64,000 nucleotides of DNA from Octopus vulgaris. Its lineage: Eukaryota. The notes beneath the pieces were generated by a model. That model saw nothing but the letters and a program-made list of their open reading frames with translations. It was not told the DNA's origin and did no database searches. Below, piece by piece: positions 1-12,174 of this stretch (position 1 is the first letter of the stretch; every line of letters starts with the position of its first letter). Location of the stretch: contig OX597816.1 in the NCBI GenBank assembly GCA_951406725.2, positions 118,668,001 to 118,732,000 of the forward strand. The letters run 5' to 3'. A program made the position numbers and the translations under genes.

Positions 1-795
1 TATGGAAACTGAAAGAAGCCCATCGAATGTATACATGTGTGTGTCTTTGTGTTTGTCGTCCAGTGCCAATTGACAACTGATGTTGGTGTATTTATGTCCC
101 CATAACTTAACAGAAACCAACAGAATAAGTATCAAGCTTAAAAATAAGTACTGGGGTTGATTCTATTGAGTAAAATTCTTCAAGGCAGTACTCTAGCATG
201 GCTGGAGTCTAATGTGTGTATGCTTGTGTTTGTTGCCAGTACTACATGACAACTGGTATTGATTTATTTACTTTCCTGTAACTTAGAGGTTCTGCAAAAG
301 AGACCACAGATAAGTTTCAGGCTTAAAAGAAAACAAAAAACACTTAGGTTACTGCTTTATAGCTGGAAGTCCATCTATGATTGAATTCGTAGCAGCTGAT
401 CTTCTCTGAGTGTGACCTTTAATGGTTGGCTGGTCTGGTAGCCACAGATATTCCGTAACAATTTTCATAATTGATCCTTTTTTTTCTCCTAATCTTTTTA
501 CTTGCATCGAACATTGACCTGCAGGCAGCCATGCTAGGGTACCACATTCAAAGGTATTAATCAAAGAGACTGACCCCAGTACTTATTTGTTAAGTCTGGT
601 GCTTATTTGATTGGTTTCTTTTACCAAAGCACCAAGTTACAGGGATGCAAACAAACCAACACCAGTTGTCAAATGGACAAACCCGGACACACACACACAC
701 AAGCTAAGTACTTGGTTTGACTTGTTCAACTAGACCCTTCAAGGTGTGACCCAGAATGTCTGCAGTCCAATGACTGAAACAAGTAAAAGACAAAC
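1..795. mobile_element. Cluster of truncated tRNA/CORE-type SINE fragments (family A), both orientations
   Basis: Segments match the 3' half of the intact copy at 5012-5410 (ggaaactgaaagaagccc..., gaataagta, ...tgactgaaacaagtaaaaga). Confidence 0.75.
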
Positions 796-1039
796 AGATT
801 TATTTATAAATGTGGATTTATGTATAAACTAGTGATGGTGGGTAAGTTCAAAGAATTTGAAGCCTTTTAATTAAAAATTCTGGGTGTGTTATTATTTATA
901 TTCAAGATATAAATAGCATTCATCTTGTGAAGTATTGGCTGTGAAATTAAGTTAAAGTTAAAGGTGTTTGAGTTATGCCAGGTCAACTATAGGTCACATC
1001 AAGGCCTATATTGTGTTTGTATTGACATTGTGATTCACT

Positions 1040-1425
1040 TATAAATACACACTTATACACACACACACACAAATGCATATACACATACACAAAGACCTTT
1101 GGCACACATGCATACATACTCTCATAAACATTCATATATAGAAACACATAAACTCACTATCTCTCTCTTTCTCACATACACACACACACACTAATCTTTT
1201 CTACACACATACAAACACACACCAATGCCTTTCACATATACATGCACACATGCAAACATTTACACATAGACACACCCAAACATTCACACATATACAAGCA
1301 CACACACACACAACACCCCTAAATAACAATCTTTTTAACACACACATGCAAACATTCACACATACACATGGTCATATACATACACATTAATCTCTTTCAT
1401 ATACTCATACAAAGACAGGCAGATA

Positions 1426-1456
<31 letters not shown>

Positions 1457-1530
1457 CATGACATACACACTCTCTTATTTTCTCTGGCACACGCACACAC
1501 ACACATACTCTTCTCCTTCTCACAAACACA
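1040..1530. repeat. Degenerate (CA)n/(TG)n microsatellite field
   Basis: Directly visible dinucleotide runs; source of the spurious HT/CV-rich ORFs. Confidence 0.9.
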
Positions 1531-1746
1531 TGTGTCTCCTTTATTTCCATTGTGTACTCCACTTCAACTCATCCTTGGGTCATGCCAACACCATACAGTT
1601 TTGCATGGCAGGAGGCTGCTAAGTCCTTTGCTCATACTCCTCTCCTTTTCCTGGAGAGGGATATAGTCACTGTGAGTGGTATTTCATTACTTTTCCATGG
1701 GTCATCTGTTACAGAAAATGAGAGAGAATTGATCTCAGTGTATCTT

Positions 1747-1794
<48 letters not shown>

Positions 1795-1819
1795 AATATA
1801 TATATATATATGAATTAAA

Positions 1820-2400
1820 ATAAGCTTCAAGCGACTCCATTTAATTGAACAATGCAACCATTACATCAATTTAAATGCAGAGCAATCCTCAGCTGCATAA
1901 ATACATAGAATTAAATTAAATTAAAACAGATGGACACATTAGTATAATTTTACCAAAGACCTCCAAGAAGGTAAGGAGACAGACAAAGAACATGCTGTCC
2001 TCTCTTAGAAGCTACTAAGCTATCAGGAAGAAAGACTTATTAGAGATCCAGCTTGTCACTGTTTTCTGGGGGTCAGTTTTATTTTATAGTCTTGTTTATC
2101 AAATCTTTGTATATCAAAATCTAAGGCCAAAGAACAAGGAGCAGTAACTGTTAGGAAAGGGGCTGAGGGAGTCAGAAATCATAGTGAGTAATAGTCATAA
2201 AACTATCAAGATTAATTTGAAGCAATATAATGAGATTTGGTAAATGGAAATCTTAAATCATGATGTTAACTGACAATTAAAGAGGCAAGACTTTAGTAAA
2301 CCAATGATGATAATACAGGGGAAATTTTATCATGGGGTACTATAGTTAAATATTTTAAGCAATATTGCCATATTGTATAAAGTTAAAATCTAGGGTTATT
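1820..2400 (-). mobile_element. Old Penelope-like element remnant, second copy of 5410-6080
   Basis: Reverse complement shares blocks with 5410-6000 (atagt.cccca..ataaaatttcc.ctgtatta; gcagctga.gat.gc.ctgcatttaaattgatgtaatg.ttgcattgttcaattaaatgga). Penelope assignment is inferred only from the hammerhead-like end. Confidence 0.5.
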
Positions 2401-2741
2401 CAGGAGATTATTAAGAAGGATATTATAACAAAATGATAAATTTTTTTATGAATACTTTTGAGTATATACCAAATTTTTACCACAACAGAGGGAGGAAAAG
2501 AAATTACATAGAAATAGTTTAATATTTATACATATTATACACTTAAATACTAATTTATTAGATAGTATCTATGAAGATTGATCATTGACATTTATAAATA
2601 TATATATATTATATATATATGTATGTTTATGTATGTGTGTGTGTATGTATATATATATATATATTTATACACACACACACACACACACATAAACATACAT
2701 ATGTACACATATACATACATTCACACATACGTACATACATA

Positions 2742-3205
2742 CATTCTGTCAAATGTAAACATAACAGGCGAGATATTGTTGTTTGTGACAGAGGGGCAAA
2801 GGTATGCACCATCATAGAGGTCAGCTACCATTCAGATATAAATATCTTTTTGAAAATCAAAGAAAAAGTGGATATCTATGGACAACTACTTCAAAACCTC
2901 CAGCTTCTATATCCAGACAATGAATTCATATTCATGCTGATAATAGTTGGAGCACAAGGTTCTATTAGCAAATGCTTAAAGGAGAATCTGGATAAATTGG
3001 GATTTTCAGAAAGAGAAAGCAACTGGCTAATTTGTACTTTACAAGTGCAATCTGTGAGTGAAACAATAAAAATATGCAAGACTTTTCTCAAGTTCCAGCT
3101 GTGAATTTGTCTGTGTTAACTACATCCCAAAGATGGAGCCTTGTATCTTTGCTGGAAACCAACTCCTTCCTCAGTGGAAGATTTATAATAATTAAAAATA
3201 GAAGA
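2742..3205 (+). mobile_element. 3' end of an R4/NeSL-group non-LTR retrotransposon: restriction-like endonuclease domain plus 3' UTR
   Basis: Translation HNRRDIVV..CTIIEVS..KEKVDIY..IIVGAQG fits the RLE pattern NRPDIV..IIEV..K..KY..PIIVGALG; stop at 3102-3104; flanked by (TACA)n. Confidence 0.85.
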
Positions 3206-3271
3206 GACATACATACATGCATGAACACATAAATATCATGAACTAACTGCTCCTCTCCCAGATACGGCACC

Positions 3272-3406
3272 AAGTTTTGTCAATGAACAGGTCGCAGTTT
3301 CAAAGCAACGAAAATATTTCGACACAAATGAAAATTAAATGTTGAAGTGAAACTAATGGTTTTGTGTGTTCTTAAATGGCTTATAAATATCTTCCATGGT
3401 GCAATT

Positions 3407-3410
<4 letters not shown>
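3272..3410 (+). mobile_element. Single-arm copy of the hammerhead-bearing repeat at 52163-52470
   Basis: Aligns by eye with 52277-52415 (ttttgtca.tgaacaggtcgcagt.tcaaagc.acgaaaatattt.gaca...cttaaatggcttataaa). Confidence 0.85.
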
Positions 3411-3442
<32 letters not shown>

Positions 3443-3448
<6 letters not shown>

Positions 3449-3771
3449 GTAAAGAGTGAAAAACGACAGAAGGCTTAAATGTTAAAAAATATATATATTT
3501 GCGTCAATATGTCTGAAGAATATTAGAAAATTTAAAAAAAAAAATTTTTTTCCTTTATAATGACATAATTTTTAAAGAAAGACCGGTTTCGCATTTAGCT
3601 TTTCAGAAAAGCTAAATGCGAAACTGGTCTTTCTTTAAAAATTATGTCATTATAAAGGAAAAAAAAAATTTTTTTTTTTAAATTTTTTAATATTCTTCAG
3701 ACATATTGACACAAATATATATATTTTTTAACATTTAAGCCTTCTGTCGTTTTTTCACTCTTTACTATTTT
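3443..3771. repeat. Near-perfect ~330-bp palindrome (arms ~163 bp, 1-nt spacer at 3605), Penelope-like inverted terminal structure
   Basis: 3443-3604 is the reverse complement of 3606-3771 with only a few substitutions and homopolymer-length differences; embedded in (TA)n. Confidence 0.95.
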
Positions 3772-3812
3772 TTATATATTCACCCACGTGCTTTCACAAA
3801 CCAACTTTCTTA

Positions 3813-3853
<41 letters not shown>

Positions 3854-5011
3854 ATATGTAAAAGTAAGATCCAAGGATCAAAGTGTACAAAGTTAGTAAG
3901 CTTTGAGCAGTCCATAGAAGGTACAAAAAAAAAAACGACTTTCAGGAACAATAGTGCTTTATTTGTGTGAAAGGTTGTCAATTTTTCCCAATTTTTCCAA
4001 GTTCGATAAGCTGGGGTTGCTGTGTATATGAATAAGCTGGTTATCAGCTAGGGTTGCTATGTATGTGAATAAAAATCCACTCCATTCCCTAGTTTTAGAT
4101 TATAACACACACACATCTATATATTAACAAGTATTTTATTTCATTTCACACTTGAGTATTAATTTTTAGGCTTTATTTTTAAGGACATATTTTTACAGGA
4201 AGTAAAGAAAGAAAAAAAAAAAACATTAAAAGTAAAAAAAAAGATTAAAATATCAAAGGAGAGAAAAACCCTTAACTATTTTACTAAGGATACAAAGTAA
4301 GAGGCAAAAAGGGGAATAGATTAAGCAGCAACAGCAGCAGATGGTATTGTATTTATTGTCCCTGAAAGAAAGAAAGCAAAGCTGACCACAGTAAGAATTA
4401 ATGTACAGAGCTAATAAAATTGAAACAAGATTGAAATTTATAAATAAAGTAGAAAGAAAGGCATTCTATTTGATGAACTTACACCTCAGCCACACACACA
4501 CACACATGTTTATGTATGTACTGGAGCCAGTTTCCATACATACATAAATGTGTGTATGTGGTTGTATGTATGTATGTATGTCATTGTTTGGTTTTATTTC
4601 ATGATTTCTTGCCAATAGAGAAAGAGCTAGTGTCTAACTTAGATTCAAGGCTCCTATGCGAGATGGTTATACTATATTCATATAAACATATAAATGTATA
4701 TGTGTGCACATATATAAATATGTATTATCTGTACACATCTTTATTATTATTTTTTTCTGATTCATAGCTTAAAATTAATATATAGATGGCATGTTTATCT
4801 TTCCAGTTATTCCGTAAGTAAATGCCCTGAGCAGTCTTTATAGAAACCATCTAATAAGTAATTAATTAAATACATGAATGAATATTTAACTGGCTCTATG
4901 TAATCTTTCCTTTTTAATGTTTATAATTGATATATATATATATATATATACATACACACACACACATTTTACCTATTTTAGTTATATCATTTGTGAAAAT
5001 CTTAAATTATA

Positions 5012-5410
5012 TAGGCGCAGGAGTAGCTGTGTGGTAAGTAGCTTGCTAACCAACCACATGGTTCTGGGTTCAGTCCCACTGCGTGGCATCTTGGGCAAGT
5101 GTCTTCTGCTATAGCCCCGGGCAGACCAATGCCTTGTGAGTGGATTTGGTAGACGGAAACTGAAAGAAGCCTGTCGTATATATGTATATATATATATGTG
5201 TGTGTTTGTGTGTCTGTGTTTGTCCCCTTAGCATCGCTTGACAACCGATGCTGGTGTGTTTACGTCCCCGTCACTTAGCGGTTCGGCAAAAAAGAGACCG
5301 ATAGAATAAGTACTGGGCTTACAAAGAATAAGTCCCGGGGTCGAGTTGCTCGATTAAAGGCGGTGCTCCAGCATGGCTGCAGTCAAATGACTGAAACAAG
5401 TAAAAGAGAA
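5012..5410 (+). mobile_element. Full-length tRNA-derived CORE-type SINE (family A)
   Basis: A-box-like tagctgtgtggtaag, B-box-like gggttcagtccc, CORE-like gtggcatcttgggcaagtgtc, internal (TA)n(TG)n, 3' stem-loop cagtc-aaat-gactg and A-rich tail; many copies in the window. Confidence 0.9.
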
Positions 5411-6080
5411 TAACAATATTGTTTGTAAGCAATCACCCATAGTGCCCCAAAATAAAATTTCCTCTGTATTAACATTTTAGGTTTCTTATCCCTTTAACTG
5501 GTAATTAACATCATGATTTAAAGTTTATCCCTACCCTTCCTCTTTTTATAGACAGTTACTTTATATCCAATTGACTACTCCTAATGTCTTCTTTCCTTCC
5601 TGAGGAAAAGGGATACATATGAACATATGATGACCATACCTAGCCATGAGCTGTCAACTCACTCTTGTCCTTTATTCAAAATAGACACAGTCTTCTAGCC
5701 TTAGATTTAGTAGTTGATAAAGAGAAAAATGTATTAGAAATGAATTACAATCCTTTACAAAACTATGAGCCCAATAGGCTTCAATGTGATTCTTGGAAGT
5801 GTAGTCTATTCTTAACTACAATAGTGACAACATGAATGTCTTCCATCTTCTTGCACTGTTAAAATATTTGAGAAAAATTATATCAATGTGTCGGATTGCT
5901 TAAAATTCTATTTATTTATTTGTGCAGCTGAAGATGGCACTGCATTTAAATTGATGTAATGATTGCATTGTTCAATTAAATGGAACCACTTGAAACAGTC
6001 ATATTGCATCACTACTTGATATCCTGTTGCTTGTGCTTCTATGTAAGTACCTAATTCAACTGAATTTCAATTAATTCTTA
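5410..6080 (+). mobile_element. Old Penelope-like remnant ending in a hammerhead-like motif
   Basis: Homologous to 1820-2400 (minus strand); CTGAAGA at 5928-5934, long hairpin, GAAAC at 5992-5996. Confidence 0.5.
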
Positions 6081-6104
6081 TACATATGTATAATGTATAT
6101 ATAT

Positions 6105-6447
6105 CATGATGATCATCATCATCGTTTAACGTCCGCTTTCCATGCTAGCATGGGTTGAATGATTTGACTGAGGAATGGCAAACCAGATAGCTGCACCAGG
6201 TTCTAATCTTGATCTGGCAGAGTTTCTACAGCTGGATGCCCTTCCTAATGCCAACCACTCCAAGAGTATAGTGGGTGCTTTTACGTGCCACCGGCACGAG
6301 GACCAGTCAGGCGGTACTGGCAACAGCCATGCTCAAATGGTGTTTTTTTTACGTGCCACCTGCACAGGAGCCAGTCCAGCGGAACTGGCAATGACCTTGC
6401 TCGAATATTTTTCACGTGCCACCGGCACAAGTGCAAGTAAGGCAACG

Positions 6448-6448
<1 letters not shown>
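6105..6448 (-). mobile_element. 5'-truncated RTE LINE 3' UTR / RTE-tail element
   Basis: Reverse complement ends ...aacccatgctagcatggaaagcggacgttaaacgatgatgatgat, the same tail that follows the RTE ORF at 40030-40490. Confidence 0.85.
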
Positions 6449-6494
<46 letters not shown>

Positions 6495-7349
6495 CATATA
6501 TATATATAAATATATATAAGTGTATATTCTCTTTATTCAGTCATAGGACTCTAGCTATGCTGGAGCATTGCTCTAATTTATTTTCTTCCAGTTTTATTCT
6601 TGCTTTATAACAGAAAATTGCTCTCTGATTGAATCTATAGCAGCTGATGCACATTGGCGTATTATATAGATAGAAAGAAATAGCTGTGTGTGTATATGTA
6701 AATTACTGTGTGTGTGTGTAGATCTGTGTTTTTATACTGTAGTCAAATAGTATTGTCCCAATGACCAAAAGTTCACCACCACCACCACTTTCTTCTTTGT
6801 TTCCTCCTCCTCATCCTCCTTTAGTTCACAGATGAAATGCTGTTTGCAGAGGATCAGTTTAGGTACAATGAAGCAGCAGCAGCAATAGCAACAACAACAG
6901 CAACTACTACTACTATTAACACAACAAACAATCAACCAAACACCATCAAATGAACCAAAACTATTAAGTCACACAGCTGCTTAAGCCACAAGCATCTCTT
7001 ACCTTTAAGCAGTGGTTATACTGATAAAAGGTGGATTAAAAACAAACCAGAACTTAATAAATAAACATGTAAAGTTTACTGATATAGGTAATAAGATAGT
7101 TTGTTATTGTTGTTTTTTTGTTTTGTCTTTTATTTTTTTAATTGCAAATTATATTGTTTGTTTTTTTTTGTTTTTATCCACCCTGCTGTATTTTGATATA
7201 TAAGAAATATTCATCTTTCATTTCCTGTATCAACTGTTATCTTTTATCAGTAAATCCTAATATCTTAATAGAAAACATAATCCCAGCATGCATGCATGCA
7301 TACATACATACATACATACGTACCAGAGGCAACCCCAGGTCATTAGCAT

Positions 7350-8079
7350 CACTCGGGCTCATCACAAATTTTGCATAAGACACTTGCCTGCTCAAAGAAT
7401 TTTATGTCTTTCTGCAATATTTCTAGCCCTAAATGGCTTATTTTGTATATCTATGCCTTTCTGTGTTTCTAAGTTAAAGATAAAATTAAAGCAACCCTGC
7501 AAAACACAACTGATTTTTACACACAGATGCACAGAATAATGGCAATCAAATAATGACAGCAGAGTGCACAACAAACTTCAGCGATCTGACTGTCGCCTGA
7601 CAAGAGATGCCAGTTAGTCTTTTACACCTACCAGGCTCGTTCGTATTAGCCTGAGTTGCTGGATAATTTATCGTTCCTTTAAGAATATTGTAGAACGGAA
7701 ACTTTTCATAGAGTGGAATTTAATTCCTAATCTCTATAGAAATTTATTGTTTCAAGAAAACATTGAATTTGAATTACTTTTAATTTTTACGATTATAGAT
7801 AACAACTCAGGTTGTAACTTCTGAGCCTGAGTAAAGCGCATGTGAATGCTGTTCAGAGAACGTCTGCTATGAATGATATTTTTTGACACGGCACCTCTAA
7901 GACGACTGCCAGATGCTGAACGAAAATAAATGAACTGTGACCAGGCTCAATGAAAGGCGCGCGAGTTAGTGGCTGCAATTACACACATGAAGTCAGTGTT
8001 AGCAGAAATTAAATATGCTTGCAAATGCACATTCACTTTACTAAATCTATATTTGGGCTAAGCCTGAACAGCCCGAGTG
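7350..8079. mobile_element. Unclassified non-autonomous DNA element with short inverted termini
   Basis: CACTCGGGCT (7350-7359) / AGCCCGAGTG (8070-8079); CpG-retaining interior; interrupts a (TACA)n tract. Confidence 0.4.
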
Positions 8080-8124
8080 TATGTACGTACCTACCTACCT
8101 ACATACATACATCAGGTAAAAGTA

Positions 8125-8435
8125 ATGGTAAAGACTTCCTTCAGTCATGAATGACCATGGAATTGCATCTAGAAAGTTACTCTACTAGGCACAAGTTAGG
8201 GTAAGGTTGTTTATGGAAGACCAGCAGTCACCCATGCATACCAATGTCCCTTCTCCATGCTATCGATGTTATCCAAGGGAAAGGCAAAGGCTGATACAGT
8301 TTGGCACCAGTAACACTGTAACTCATTTCTACAGCTGAGTGAATAGAGCAATGTGAAATACACAGTCAGGTCCAGGAATTGAACTCACTACCTTATGATT
8401 GGGAGCCTGATGCTCTAACCACTGAGCCATATGTA
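8125..8435 (-). mobile_element. tRNA/CORE-type SINE (family B)
   Basis: Minus strand begins tggctcagtggttagagc...gagttcaattcc; homologous to 50550-50880. Confidence 0.85.
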
Positions 8436-8589
8436 TACATGAGAAGTGAGTGGGAAATGAGCAAGAGGGGGCAAAGGGCAGGAAGCAAAAGTAAGAGAAA
8501 TAAAGGCATGGGAGAAAGGGGGATGGTTGAGAGTAGTATGGGCTATATAACAGGTTGAGTAAAAAGCAAGAAATGCTTTGAACCGTGAA

Positions 8590-9205
8590 GAATTTGTACC
8601 GGATGTTTGCAGAATTTTGAAATTTTTAAACATTTTTTTGCAATTGTCTAATAATACAGACATAGACTGCCCAAATGCATCAATAAATTAACATTGATAT
8701 TTTTTTCATCGTTGTTACAATCGTCTGAAATGGAACTGTCAAAGTGTGATATTCGAGCAATTTTGCTATTCAATTTCAAAAAAGGACATAAAGCAGCTGA
8801 AACTGCTTGTGATATCAACGAAATGTTTGGTGAGAAAATGACCAGCAAGTGGTCAGCTCGAAAATGGTTTAAATGATTTCACAGTGAAGACTTGAGCCTT
8901 GAAGATCGTGAGCATAGTGGAAACCATCTGTCATCGATGGTGGTCAATTAAAGACCGTCATTGAGAAAGATCCACATGAAACCACCTGAGAACTGGCAGA
9001 AGAACTTCGAGTTAGCCAGAAAACTGCCTGCAACCAATTTGCATGTGATTGGAAAATCAAAAAATGTCAACAAATGGGTACCACATGATTTGAATGAAAA
9101 TCAGAAAATGTGCAGATACGAAATTTGCTCGTCGCTTCTTCTCTGCAACTAGACCGATCCATTTCTTGACCATATTGTAACTTGCGATAAAAAGTAGATT
9201 CTGTT
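8590..9205 (+). pseudogene. Degenerate, 3'-truncated mariner transposase
   Basis: MELSKCDIRAILLFNFKKGHKAAETA HTH region, WVPHDL linker, IVTCDKK* (TCDEKW first catalytic D); stops and frameshifts. Confidence 0.92.
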
Positions 9206-10359
9206 GGTTATCAAGTAGTGGGGAGACACATACAAACACAGAAAAAAAATACACCCACATGGACACAATAGACTTCCACACAGTTTCTATTTACCAAATT
9301 CACTTACAAGGCATTGTTCAGCCTGGGGCTATAGCAAAAGACATTTGTCTAAGGTGAAGGCAGTGGGACTGAACCTGACACCATATGGTTGCTAAGTGAC
9401 CTTCTTGACCACAGTCTCTCTCTCTTTATATAGCATCATCATGGTGAAATTGCTTTCTGGATTTCTGATTATTAGCTTCATCAGCAACAAAAATCCACAC
9501 CATTTCACCATTTCATGTCAAGCAAACATCAGCCGCTACGGATACAATTAAACAGTGATTGAAAGGTCACTGATGTTGCATTTAGCTGGCAGGCTGAACA
9601 AAAATTCAGTATTAGTGATGGAAGCAGTATTAGTTAAAAATTAGTGATCTATATACATAAAGTGCATATACTGGTGAAAGTCTTTTAAACACCATGGTAT
9701 TTATCTTGAAAAGGTATATCTTAAGTATGTATAGTGTTAAAAACACAGAAAAATATCAACAGCAGGCAAAGATAGTTCTCTCTCTTATTCTCATGACATT
9801 AATTAACATTTACAAGTTTATCTGGAAAGCAACTGTTTATAGATTTATCACTCTGAAGTTTAAAATCTGTTTTATTGCATAATTTAAAACTATCAATTCC
9901 CATTGTTCATTCAATGCATTTACAAGAATCTTGTGTTAACAAGGAGATTCTTTTTAATGCAATTCAATACAACACTCACCAATGAAGTCTTTGTGGAGCT
10001 TTTAAAGTAATTGCAATATTTACGGGCATACAAGTGGGACTCATCAAGTATTACTGCTTTTTATGGATTTAGGATAAGTGTGCTGTTACAGTGCAATATA
10101 TTAGAAGAGAATGGGCAACCAGAAGTACTGAGGAACTGATGATCTTGTAGAGCTGATAAAAGCACTATCACTCTTTGTTTAACTATAAAAGATCCTACTT
10201 CAAATCCTGTCTGGTATTATGTGCATATCCAGGAATTGGACAATCAGTGATGATTGGAGGTCATGTAGAAAGCTGATTTGCAATATGTACCTGCAGAAAA
10301 ACTTATCTAGTACAGACGAGTACCCTATCTTGAGAGAAAATAATCTCTTACTAATTTAA

Positions 10360-10534
10360 CCCTTCATGTTCAAATTGACCAAATCCAACCTCTCATACCT
10401 ACCCTAAAATGTCAATCTAAAAATAAACAATAACACCATTGAAATCTTAAAGTTATGAGATAACGCATGGTTAATTTAAAAGAATGTGAACAAATAAATA
10501 TCACCTTTCACAGATTAATCTGAATGTTAAAGAG
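10360..10534 (-). mobile_element. piggyBac-derived MITE
   Basis: TTAA-CCCTT...AAAGAG-TTAA; interior matches the ends of the 12855-15569 element. Confidence 0.75.
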
Positions 10535-10617
10535 TTAAATGCTTGTGATACTCAACTGCCTGAGATTGCTTCACATTCTACAATACAAACTTATGGTTTA
10601 AAGTGATCTAAATTAAA

Positions 10618-11480
10618 ACAATCCCAAGAGAAACCAAAATTTTGCAATATTATTTTATTTAGTTTTACATGTTTACACTTTTATCGCCTTCAAACTATTC
10701 TCCATTTGAAGCAATGCATCGGTCCAGGTGTATTCTCCACTGTTGGAAGCAGTGATAGAACTCTTGTGAAGTAATGTCTTTTAATGCCTCTGTTGTTTTT
10801 TCTTCACCTCATCCACATCTGCAAATTCAGTAGCACCAGCTTACATCACCAGTGATGACCTTCGAAAAAAAAGGTCTGGATCAACTTCCAACTGTCCTTT
10901 CAGTTCATGACACACTTTCAGTTGTGCTTGCTTTTGATCTTCCATGAGCAAGCGAGGCACAAATTTTGCTGCAACTCTTTTCATTTGCAATTCCTCGCGC
11001 AAAATTCGTTGGCAGGAGCTCCAGGACACACGTCATATTAACAAGTCTGTCAATTGTTCGGTGATGGTCCTTCATGACCAGTTCGTGAATTTGGGAGGTT
11101 GACAGTCACCCTGAAAGAGGTTGGTCCATAAGCAACAAGTGATCATTTCTAAAGCATGAAAGCCATTTGTAAACTAGTGTTTGCTCATGGTAGTAGCCTT
11201 GTAAGCTGTTTGAAGTATGACAACTGTTTCAGCCACTGTTTTCCCCAGCAGAAAACAGAATTTCACAGAAGCTCATTGTTCCTTCATTTCAGCCATCACA
11301 AAAATTGATGAACAGGGGAGAAGCACTGCAAAACAAAGACGCACCACATGGCAGTATGACCTGATTGGACAATGTCAGTCAGCTGAGTGATGTCTGCAGA
11401 TTGCACCAAGTGGCTCCTAGAAGTGACAATGGGCTTGTCACACACAGAACATTTCCGGTTACTTTTGGGTATTCCCTCGT
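10618..11480 (-). mobile_element. Internally deleted mariner element
   Basis: TA-CGAGGGAATACCCAAAAGTAACCGGAA terminus at 11481; AKFVPRLL linker motif; C-terminal FQQW..HLDRCIASNGE*FEGDK; decayed opposite TIR near 10620. Confidence 0.9.
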
Positions 11481-12174
11481 AGGATTTCCTTTTTTTGCAC
11501 CATATATTTTCACCCAATTCTGGCTTAAATGTCTCTCCCCTTATTAACAAGAGGTTCTTCTATTCTGACATTTAAGCACCTCCCAGTTGAGATGTTATAG
11601 AAGCAGTTCTTGGATAGTTTTAACTTTGGTGAGGAATCTGTGTTGTGTAGTGTTATTTTTTAACATAGTTCTGATATTATGTGAATGCAGACTTCCTAAA
11701 TTGTTTTTTAGGTAATCCCTTGCAGTAAAATTGTGAGAGAAAGTGGAACTTACCTACTACTTGCTAAGTTGAAACGTAGGTGATATACTCTACTTCATAT
11801 GTGAAAGATTAATGAGAGAAAGAGTACTCAACAATAGTAACAAAAACATAAAAAGAAACTTTTGCAATTGATATATACATACAAACTACAGTTGTAAAAA
11901 CACTATCATAAACATGTTAACCTAGAAAAAAATGGGACAGATAAAAGTAATGCATATATACAGTCATACTTCCATACACACGCGTGCACACACACATAAA
12001 CAAACACATACTGAGATTTAAAGAGAAAGAAAAGCTTCTTCAGTGAGCATGAAATTTGAAGCATCTTCGTTATAGCTATATTTCTATTTATTGTATCTAC
12101 ACACACGAACCTGTAGTTACACACACATACATATACACATATATATGTATGCATGTGTGTGCTAAAATGTAAAG

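Noticed and set aside
1356-1666. ORFs rich in HT/CV/YI repeats here and throughout the ORF track
   Set aside because: Translations of (CA)n, (TG)n and (TA)n microsatellites and SINEs; no coding signal
6831-6861. Possible 31-nt plus-strand exon (cacag|ATGAAATG...TTTAG|gtacaa)
   Set aside because: Weak donor, flanked by simple repeats, no partner exons
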